Assembly (NCBI GenBank): GCA_032718475.1
Contig: JAUCBJ010007832.1
Coordinates: 1 to 64,000 of the forward strand
Reading direction: 5' to 3'
DNA: 64,000 nucleotides
DNA from: Nemertoderma westbladi
Lineage: Eukaryota; Animalia; Xenacoelomorpha
Part shown: piece by piece, positions 1 through 11,100 of the stretch
Layout: every line of letters starts with the position of its first letter
Numbering within the stretch: the first letter of the stretch is position 1
Program-made: the position numbers and the translations under genes
The notes under the pieces: generated by a model
The model's input: the letters and a program-made list of their open reading frames with translations, nothing else
Databases searched by the model: none
What the model was told of the DNA's origin: nothing

Positions 1-70
1 TAAACCAACTACAGAGTATTTTAATGTAAAAGATAATAAAAATAACGGGGCAATTCAGCAAAGGCTTTTA

Positions 71-534
71 CAGTAGTTCCAGTACTCCTCTACGGGAGTC
101 CATGCTGGGCTCTAACTGCTGAGGACACCAAATCTCTGGATGGCACATTCACAAGAATGCTACGCTGGGTTCATTGTGTCAAGTACAATGCACACATCTC
201 CAACCAGACACTATATAACATTGGAGGTGTCTCATTGGTTCCCCCAAGCTTGACACTAGAACAAAATCGCCTCCGCTTTGCAGGACATTGCTTTCGCCGT
301 GAGGACCAGCCAGTGCATAATCTTGTACTTTGGCAGCCTCATGGAGTGAATAAGCATGGTGGACAGCCCATGACTTTCTTGAGACGCATCTTAAAGGACA
401 CTGGCCTTAAAGATGCGGATGATCTAGCAAATGTCATGGGTGATAGGGAGTTGTGGCGGTGCAATTTTGTTGACAAGCCGGCACAGCATTCTTAAAAATG
501 CAGCTGCAATGCAGCATGCCGATCCTAGTAGTAT
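71..534 (+). mobile_element. 5'-truncated RTE-type LINE fragment (family A), C-terminal RT region plus (TAG)n-like tail
   Basis: ORF 157..495 has RLRFAGHCFRREDQPVHNLVLW, typical of the RTE C-terminus. Near-identical to the reverse complement of 28990-29455. Confidence 0.85.
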
Positions 535-698
535 CAACTTTCAGCTCATAAAATATCAGTGACAACATTGCAATAAAAATATGTAAGAGGATGCGCAATC
601 ACTTGATTAATAGTTATTAGGCCTACTTCTGATTGGCTGTCAATGCCAGATATGATAATTAAAGGTCGACATACTGACTAACAAGGGGCTATTGTATA

Positions 699-1252
699 TA
701 TATAAAATAAACAGGTAAAACCTCGAGTCTTACACCCCACAAACTAACAAAAAACATAGAATCAGACGCCAAAAATAGTACTCATCCACTAGGGCCATCA
801 AAAACCGCAAAACAAACAAACAAACAAGATAAACAAAAACACAAATATATTAAATCTGCTCAACATACAGGTATGCATCGCACTCTAACCCTAAGCCTAA
901 CCATCATACACTAAATGATACCGGTAGTATACTGCACAAAAGCTAAGCCTACTGTATATTCTATAAGAAAATATATGACATTTTGTCGCCGTAAAAGGGG
1001 TAGATTTAGGGCAAAAATAATTAATTTTATCAAAAATATGGTTGCGTTTCGGTGTCTGAGACCCAGTACGCGGTAATCTCCGACACCTCATCAGCTGGAA
1101 AAAGGATTACCCAAAGCCTATCTATATTGCACCAATGACCTACTATAATCGCACCGAACTGAGTACTATTTTGGGCGTTAATGTCCTGATTCTATGTTTT
1201 TGGTTAGTTTGTGGGGTGTTAGACTCGAGGGTTTACCTGTTTATTTTATATA
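699..1252. mobile_element. MITE with long imperfect terminal inverted repeats
   Basis: tataaaataaacaggtaaaacctcgagtcttacaccccacaaactaac... (~699-785) is inverted at ~1160-1252 (...gttagtttgtggggtgttagactcgagggtttacctgtttattttatata). Both ends sit in TA. No coding capacity. Confidence 0.8.
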
Positions 1253-1662
1253 ATTCCAGATATTTCAGCTTTCAACTTTCAAGTAAAATAGAACATACGA
1301 CAAGTGTATTTTGAAAGTTGACTGTTTATGTGAGAACGTCTCCACGGGCTACAAAGAGTTATATCTTTTAGTTGAAAGCTAATGTGTGACCCGGACCTAA
1401 CAATATTTTTTGCGGACCTTCAAAGGAAGCGAAATCTTCCGAGTAGATTGTAGCCAGTTATGCTGTGCTGAATATTCCCCTACATGGTTTTTTTAATAGA
1501 TTCGGTGAAATCGATTGCAGTGCTATGGGTAATCATTTGAACATTTGTCAATTCTCTATTACTTCGTTCAAAATTTGTTTTATTTGTTATTGCTTTTCGA
1601 AATTAAATTTAAATTATAACCAGTTGTGCACCATTCCAATGGAGGAATATCAGCATAATATT

Positions 1663-2139
1663 TTATTTACACGAATTTATCAAGTGTATAACAGTAGAAA
1701 GTCCACATACAAAGAATCGTGGCAACGATTGAATAACAACTGTTAGGTCGGACAAACTATAATGAAAAGTACTAACTTTTGTGTCCTGAAAATGGTCACC
1801 ATGTGGCGTTTTTATATGCGAAGTATCACCATTGACTAAACGCTTGCTGTCTTTAACAACTTCCATAGCGCATCCAACGATCTCCATCCAATCTTCCTTA
1901 AGCATTTGTTCGGTTGTATTTTGCGATGTAACTGAAAACCGAATAACATACTGTTTTTTTATGGCTGCCGGCACCATATGAACGTGGCCTCGGGAGTTGA
2001 TCAATGTCAGTAGTTTCTGGGTTAAGTTGTCCGGACCCCGCAGTCGGAATACAACAAGACCTAGGATTCTCGTAGCTGGAATCTCAAATAAAGCGTTTTC
2101 TTTAACCCATTCTTCAAACGTTTCCGCGAGACGTACCCC
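1663..2139 (-). CDS. HDC: HDC exon 8 (terminal)
   Basis: Acceptor ttag|GGG GTA CGT; [13 protein letters not shown]...[11 protein letters not shown]...YVIRFSVTS; stop at 1663. Confidence 0.85.
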   Translation of the reverse strand, partial: GVRLAETFEEWVKENALFEIPATRILGLVVFRLRGPDNLTQKLLTLINSRGHVHMVPAAIKKQYVIRFSVTSQNTTEQMLKEDWMEIVGCAMEVVKDSKRLVNGDTSHIKTPHGDHFQDTKVSTFHYSLSDLTVVIQSLPRFFVCGLSTVIHLINSCK

Positions 2140-5100
2140 CTAAATATATTAATGGGAATTGTTATTTTTTATTTTTTTTATTGAGATCCTGTTTCTGTTA
2201 TTTGTTATTTCTGTTATTTCTATTTTCTGTTATTTTCTGTTATCTGTTTCTATCTATCTGTTATTGAAGAGGATAAATATTTGAGTAATCCAAAACATTA
2301 TCAAATCTAGTAGCACAGTGTGTGTATTTAGTGTATACGGAACACACACAATCTGCGGAACACACATAATGTATATACTACTACTACTATCGGCATGCTG
2401 CATTGCAGCAGTATTAATTATATTTATATATATCTTCAAGGCCAGCGTCCTTTAAGAGACGTCTCAAGAAAGTCATGGGCTGTCCTGTCCAGTCCACCAT
2501 GATTATTCACTCCATGAGGCCGCCAAAGCACAATATTGTGCACTGGCTGGTCCTCATGGTGTAAGCAATGTGCTACAAAGTGGTGGCGGTTCCGTTCAAG
2601 TATCAAGCTTGGGGAGACTAATGAAATAAATACCTACAATATTGTAAAGAGTCTGATTGGAGATGTGTTCATTGTACTTGACACAGTGAACCCTGCGTAG
2701 CATTCTTTTATAAGTGCCATCCATGTAACATTTGGTGTCAGTCAGAAGTTAGGCCCAGCGTGGGCTCCCATACATTATGATGTATGGAAAACACACAACG
2801 TATGTTTGCATCACACAACTATGGGTCATGATGATGTGACGTGGATATGCATGAGTGTGAAACCCAATACTCCTGTAAATCGGGATTCTTTGTCGTTTGG
2901 ATTTCGTTTGTTTAATTACACCGGGAATGATGAGTGGTCTTGTTTAATGGCTGACTAATTTGTTATTTCATTGTTTCAATGAATATTGAGAGGATTGAGG
3001 TAGGTTCACTGTGATTGTAGAAGGCAATTTCAGTAAATTAGGAAACATCATTCGGTTGCGTGTTGTTGCAAGAGTGACGGTTGTTTGATTATTCTGTTAA
3101 CCTGCGCACTATACCGCAGTAAATACTGTGCATAAGAAGCTAGGGATAATTATACTTGGATTGTTTCCTGGAAATTATAATGTTTCCAATAAAATTATCA
3201 TTGATGGTTGGAATTCTATCCAATACTTTCGCAGTTAGGGCAATTCCGAACCATGGAAAAAACATGAAATTTTGAAAAAGAGTCGTAATTGTTCGGATCC
3301 AACATAAAAAGGAATATTCTAGTATAAATTACAGTTTTGCAACATTTTAAATTTCAAATATATTATATTAATAGCTAATCAATGAATAAAATTATCCTTA
3401 ACAAACAACAATTAACGCATTAAATATGGCATGTACGTTGATGTACAATGTTAACAATGTGCGTATGTTAATTTTTATTGCAACAGTTCAACAATTAATT
3501 TTGATGGTATGCATTCCAGAGTATAAAATTATTGTGAATAATGTAGGGCCAACCGCTCCCTATATATGCTAAAATATGTACTTATATCTATAAAACAGTA
3601 AAGACCGGTTTACCCGTGGCAACTTTTTGAGCAACTTTCTCAGCAACTTGTTGAGCAACTCAGGTTGCCGATCAAGTGGTTACGTGTAAAAAAAAACGCT
3701 TCCACGTAACACTGCGATCAAGCTAAGTTGTTCAAATTAAGTTGCAAATTATACCATTGTGTCAATGGTATATGTGGTTCTGTCATTTCCATAAAATATG
3801 TTGACAAAATAGCAGGTTAATATTTGGGACTGTTTTTCTAGATACCGACTGACTTGAAACTGAATGTAAAATTGAACTGACATAAAACTGAAACTGAGTA
3901 TAAACTTACAGTAGAGAAGCATGATCGACACTAAACACCCTGTTTTTTGTTTATGTTGTTCCTTGCCATTTATGGTGTATATTGTTCTGACTCCGTATCC
4001 AAATGTAAATGGATTGTGTGGTATGTGTCATTCTGATGCAAGCTAACCAAATTCTAACTGCCATATGGCGTTCTAAATGTTCTGATATAGTTTGACAGAA
4101 AACTTCACTTTCCAAAATTTGTGGTATAGAGTATGTTGTACTGATTCTTTACCCACGACATAGTGTTTGTACCAGTACATTAACTCTTGTTGGGGATTCC
4201 TTGTGAATAAATAGTTGACGATACTATGTCATTAAAGAAAACCTGTCAAATGTTTTGTGTTTGTGAAACCAAATACAAAGGGAAGATATATATCCGTTTC
4301 TAAAGGAAGATTTGTTTCGATTTCCTGTTTACAGCGGAAAGCAGCAGCTAGCTGCCAAATTTAAATTGCAATTATGGAAATATGTTTCATAATATATTTT
4401 CCCGTCGATTTCATAAACACAAATATTTATGTCAGAAATTGTTGCAGGGGATTATTGGGCGTTATGGATTGGTTCCTGAATACAAAGGGCAGCCACGCCT
4501 TCATGTCTGATATCGCTTTAAGTGCATTATATGTCAGCAGCTATATCTAAGTTAAACATCAACAAACTGTTCGCTATGTATGTGAGTATATGCAATCAGT
4601 ATTTGCAAAAAAATAAAAACACAATTAACTACACCCGAGTGCAATTTAACAGTGAAATAAACATTGTTTTTTTAAGTGGTTTTCTTGTGGTATTTTTCGA
4701 TAATGAACACACACCTTGCGTACATGTTCCTGTAAACCTTTGATCCCGAACGACCGAATTACGAACCATAACTTTAGTGCGCGAAACCTGCGACTCAAAG
4801 ATAGTTGAAGGTTCATATAGTCGATAGCGTAGCCCGAGTTCTGGTGTTTCAGATAAAGTGGATCAATATTTTCGTCGAAGGCTCTGTGAATAGCCTGACG
4901 GTTCGAAACCCTGAAACAATAAAGAATATATAAATTTAATAAAATCAAAAAATGTAGAATAAAATCTTAGCACACAGATTACCAATCGTCCTTACCTATA
5001 AAATATACTCTTCAAAGTTAAAAGTCACATTGTCCTTTACTTGTATGCATTATGCAACCTCCTGGTCTAAACAGAAGTAGCGGCCATATTTGTCAGCTCA

Positions 5101-8100
5101 ATATTTGAGTAATAAAGTATTTGATTATATATATTATTTGATTATAGTAGTACTGTTTTTTTCACAGCTCTCCTGGACTAATTTGCGAGTGCTAGTTGAT
5201 GAACTACCTATCTTAGTGAATGGACGTCGTATTATCCTTACTTATAGTTTCCATAAATTTGTATATCGTATATTTTTACTGTGTCGGTCAGTGTCAGTCA
5301 GTTGTCTGTGTAGACTATCGCTTATTGTGTTCCCACATCGTACTGTATGTCTGTTTATATTGTACTGTTCCTTTCACTCAATTTTAATGATAATAAATGC
5401 CAGTGCAACTGGTTTGCGCTCTTGTTGCCATTACTACTATTAAAAAAGTATTGTTTTTCTTTTCGATAAGATATAAGCTGATAATCGGAAAGAAGCACAT
5501 TTGACAACTAAGTTCAATTGGCTGAACTTCAACAATTCAGTCCACCCGAACCCAATAAATTTTAACATAGCTCCTTCGTCCTATGCCCAATGCGCTAAAC
5601 TATCACTATTTATGTGATAGAACGTAATAATAGTTAGGGAAAGCTATACATTCTTGTACTATTTTCTATAAAATTTAAATGTGAGAAAAAGTTTATTTTT
5701 CAGTTAAACTAAGTCTCTTCACAATTGTGATCTTGTTATTATTGGTAAATCACAATATGTAAATAACAAATTACATGCGATGCCACAAGGAAGACTGAGT
5801 CGTGTCCCTTTATCGTTCAATCAATTAGTAGTAAATACACTGCCTTATATTACTCTATGATCTCATTGGTGAGGACTTACCACATTGCATTATCTTACTC
5901 ATGATCTCATTGGTTAGGACTTACCACATTGCATTATCTTACTCTATGATCTCATTGGTTAGGACTTACCACATTGCATTATATTACTCTATGATCTCAT
6001 TGATGAGGACATACCACATTGCATTATCTTACTCTATGATCTCATTGATGAGGACTTACCACATTGCATTATCTTACTCATGATCTCATTGGTTAGGACT
6101 GACCACATTGCATTATATTACTCTATGATCTCATTGATGAGGACATACCACATTGCATTATCTTACTCTATGATCTCATTGATGAGGACTTACCACATTG
6201 CATTATCTTACTCTATGATCTCATTGGTGAGGACTTACCACATTGCATTATCTTACTCTATGATCTTATTGGTGAGGACTTAACACATTGCATTATCTTA
6301 CTCTATGATCTCATTGGTTAGGACTTAACACATTGCATTATATCACTCTATGATCTCATTGGTTAGGACTTACCACATTGCATTATATTACTCTATGATC
6401 TCATTGATGAGGACATACCACATTGCATTATCTTACTCTATGATCTCATTGATGAGGACTTACCACATTGCATTATCTTACTCTATGATCTCATTGGTGA
6501 GGACTTACCACATTGCATTATCTTACTCTATGATCTTATTGGTGAGGACTTACCACATTGTATTATCTTACTCTATGATCTCATTGGTGAGGACTTAACA
6601 CATTGCATTATATCACTCTATGATCTCATTGGTTATGACTTACCACATTGCATTATATCACTCTATGATCTCATTGGTGAGGACTTAACACATTGCATTA
6701 TCTTACTCTATGATCTCATTGGTTAGGACTTAACACATTGCATTATATCACTCTATGATCTCATTGGTGAGGACTTACCACATTGCATTATCTTACTCTA
6801 TGATCTCATTGGTTAGGACTTAACAAATTGCATTATATCACTCTATGATCTCATTGGTGAGGACTTACCACATTGCATTATCTTACTCTATGATCTCATT
6901 GGTTAGGACTTAACAAATTGCATTATATCACTCTATGATCTCATTGGTTAGGACTTACCACATTGCAGTGCAGTCAAAGTTGACCATCATCCATTTACTT
7001 GGGTTAAATGCGAACGTATCCACATGCTGGACCCCTTGCAGAAGGTACTGATACTCTGGACAAAGGAAAGCTGTTCCAGCATAGGCTGCATCAACATGCA
7101 ACCAAATATTGTGTTGGCGACCTGGTGAATAAGATTTTACAGATACTATTCCCACCTTCGCATGATACTTATTGAAAAGTGTGTCATATGTAGGTAAAGT
7201 AGATATGAACACAAAATTTGTTATTAATAAATGAAACTTATATACTCTTATACTAACAAACATCGCCAATCTCAAGTAAATTATCGAAGGCACAGGCACC
7301 AGTTGTGCCCAGAGTGGCACAAACAAAGAATGGATAGAGACCGTTCTCTTTATCCTCTTCGATGGCTGCAAGTAAACCACTTCCTCTCATACTGAGCTTA
7401 TCATCACTTTCAATAAATGTGAGCTTCACCAGAGACATGTAAGCAGCTTTCTCAACAGATGAGTGTGCCTAAATAATAAAATAATTTTTATATCCTATTT
7501 AGTAAGGCTTAATAATAATGTGTGTAGAGCCAATATAATAAATTGACTGTATGCGTACATCGACTATTCAGAGCGGTTATATAGGTAAAAATAGGTATAT
7601 TTTATTCAAATTCCGTTTTTAATTTCATAATTCATTATAGTTTATTCTAGGCCTACAGCTTGTAACACACTTGCTAATCTTAGAACAGCAGAATATCTCT
7701 AACTGTTGAAAATACAGTATTAAGCTTTTCACAGTGTTTTATTGCGATAATTTTTTATAGTAAATTTAATTTTATAATAATTTGTCGAATATTAAAGACC
7801 TTCGTTTGTAGTGACTGAGTATCGTGCCTAAAGGGTTAGTTTGCCCTTAGTTTTGGTATTTTTATGTTAACAAAAGGATATAGAGTTGAACTTGTTGTTT
7901 GTATACTATTCCATGAACCCCGATGTTTTTCCTTCTATCATGATAAAATCATGATAAAAGACAAATATCAGATATATATATATAAAGATAAAGATAAAAT
8001 CATGATATTCCTATTAAATGATAAAATAAAATTAGGTGTTATTAAACTTGTTCATTTTTAAATTATTCATTTTGTAAGTTGTTAAATTTAAAATATATAT

Positions 8101-11100
8101 AAATTTAATTTCTAATTTGTTGTGGTTAAAAAGTAACCCCAATTGATGCGAACAGGCCGTGTTCATCAGAGCCGGGAAGTAAAGTTAACCCACCTGATCC
8201 GAACAGTAGGCCACAAGTCGGGACGCGATCTTATACTGGTCTTCTTCGTTGAGTTCCTTTTTATACCACGCGATGGCGTTCGATCTCGCGGCCAAAAAGG
8301 AAATGAACGTTGATTCACTGAGAGTCCCCTGAAGAACTCCTGCTCCATGCGTCGCGTCACCCGGACAATGATGAAACTTTACCGGCAATGATATAGCCTT
8401 TGCTGTACAATAATAACAGTTTGTAATTATTCATGTTTTTAATATTGTTATGATACATAATTTATGTCTCCCTTTTTATATCTCATTATGCTTCATATTT
8501 TTCCAATTATTTCGCGCTGTATCGAGTGTAAGTGTCCAAATTTAATAAGCAAGTAATATAGCAGCTAATTTGTATTAAGTTATTTTTATTCTTAAATTGT
8601 TACTTTTTGCTCGAATATACCCCAAAATCGGGAGAAAATGTAACCAGGATTGCATTGATTTTACTTTTTTTTCCCTGCGAAAAAAATAATATATTTTTGA
8701 TGTATTTATTTAAATTTTATTACATGTGTTGAAAGAGCATCGACGTAGAAAAGGTTTGCAAGTAATTTGAGCAAAATTCATGCATTGGTCTATTAATATT
8801 GGTTTACGTAGTTAAGCGGCTCTCAAGTTACGTAATAAATATTCGAGAATACTAAATAAATTATTTGACATTGAGTGAAGCAGCATCAGGAGTTGAAGAT
8901 TACAGTAATTTGAATCGCAGTAACTATGGTAGCAAATAGCAATGTAGTAAAAAAACTACAGTTCCATTTATTTTGTAACACTATATCGCTCAATCATTTA
9001 TTATAGCAATGAGCAACAAAGAAGTACCAACACCAAATTTATGAATAAAATTACATATTACATGAGGAAAAAACGTATTACTTTTTTTCAATATTCTCTC
9101 TATTAACCTCGCTCGGTAAATAAAATGCCTCGAGAAAAGTTATTCTTTTTTCCCCATGTAATAAATTATTATTACCGGTATCTAATTTATTTAATATATT
9201 CGGGAACACTCAAACCCTCCACCCTCAAACCTCAAACCCTTTTCTTTTTACGAAAAATAACGAAGCACTTATTGATTTGGGCAGTTATAAAAAAAATTGT
9301 TTTGGGCAGTTATAAATATTGTGATTGTTTAAAATAATAATAATATTAATATGTATTTATTCCAAAATTATAACATTACTCAACGCCGTTAGTATTAACA
9401 GCGAGTTGTTATTTAGTACTTGCAACTATTGAGGACATTACAGCATTGTATTGGCCTGTACATTTAGTATTGTATTTGGTGTTATCCGTTAAGTAATGTC
9501 CCCTTAGTGGACATTATTTAACGCCGTCATTGGTTACCACGTAAACAATAGGTGAAAATTTGCCTGACAGCCAGATAGGCCAACTTCATTACCTACCGGT
9601 AGGCGGGGTATAGCTATTAATAACCAGTTGGGCTTAGCTAGATATTATTATAACATGGCTCTACACGCCACCATAAATATAAGCTAACTTATTTATAACA
9701 TAATTTATGTCATTTTTAAATTTATTTATACAGCAACTAATTTAATTATAAATTAAATATAATATAATAAATTATTAATTAAAAGTTATTTACGGGTCCT
9801 TAACCCTTTAGCTTGTGCTGTAATAACTAATTACTGTACTCGTGTGTAAAGTAGCTCTTTACAGTTGTAAAAGCTTTTGCGTAATTAGCCGGTTATTTTC
9901 CCCGTAAAGTACTCTGTAGTTGGTTTACCAGGCATAAAAGGGCCGTGTCCTTACTGTACTGGTGTTTTAGAGGACATAAAAGTAATTTCTTCTGTATGTA
10001 TACTTTAGAGGACATAATCCGCAATTTCGTGACGCAATAAGCTGGATCCTCTTGAAAACAGTGTCACTACCATGACGACGGCTAACAGCTGATATTGCCA
10101 CGTCGAACATTTCTTTGTTCTTTGTTCTCTCTTTGTTCGGTCGACCAATCAGAGCGTTTTTTGACTCTGTGTTGGAGGTTGGATACAGAAACTCAGTAAT
10201 TCAGTGTATATGTTTTTGCCCAGAGCCTAAGAACACCGGCTTTTGGCACCTCCGTGTTTCAGTCTTTAGCTTAACATTAGTAGGCTTAATTATAGAACGT
10301 ATATCTGTTATCTAAACATATCATGCATATCTTACTTAACATTACTGCTTTTGCTGTCGGTTATTCATTATATTTGTTGATGGAAGATTATATTTGGAAT
10401 ACTGATCAATAGTCAGACACCCCAATCTTCTTGATATACTAAAGGTTAGAGAGACCGGTTACATATAAACGATTGCGACTTATGTTAAGTGGTGTGAAGT
10501 GAATCTAATGCTATTTTATAGGCCCTACATGTATTGTCTGTTATTCTCTTTGTATGTGACTAAAATTAGTGAAGGTCGGCAGATTGGTGTGCAGCATTGT
10601 GCAGCATTGTGTATGATTGTGACTGATAACAAAGCATCTCCTAAAGAATGCGCCATATACGTGAATCTATAGCCATCTCATTGCGTCTGGTTTAAGTCAT
10701 AACTCTGTTTACATATTTAGAGCGCCACGTCCTAAAGGAACTGTTAATATTTCCCGAAAGTGAATAATATTTGTCAGAAATTATATATTGCGATCAGTCG
10801 AATAATACAGTAGGCTTACACCATCAATCATTAAGCTTCCAAATTCAGTCTCCCGGGTATATCCAGCGGGTGAATGATTGCGCATAGACTGGCTTCGGCT
10901 AATGTAGTGTATCAAATACTCGTCATAGGCTAAAGACTATCTATCATCTAAAAGACATCCTAATTTGGCAGGTTAAACTGTCAAAGGTCTTAAAAGCGCA
11001 AACAATAACAGATATTGCTTCTGGATTGCGGCGTAAGCAATCAAGTCGAAAGTACCGGTCGACCGGAAACCTGTAGGCCTGACTGCCTGATCACCCGAAC

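Noticed and set aside
1255-1780. Extra HDC 3' exon via a possible donor AAA|gttagt near 1777
   Set aside because: I found no convincing open frame or HDC-like sequence downstream, so the read-through stop at 1663 was kept. RNA data are needed to settle it.
5901-6598. Repetitive ORFs [15 protein letters not shown]...
   Set aside because: Products of the 45-bp repeat, antisense to an HDC intron.
10115-10315. Small duplicated ORFs (10115/21340 and 44046/54891)
   Set aside because: They lie inside LTRs, are duplicated only because the LTRs are, and are not conserved between the two elements.
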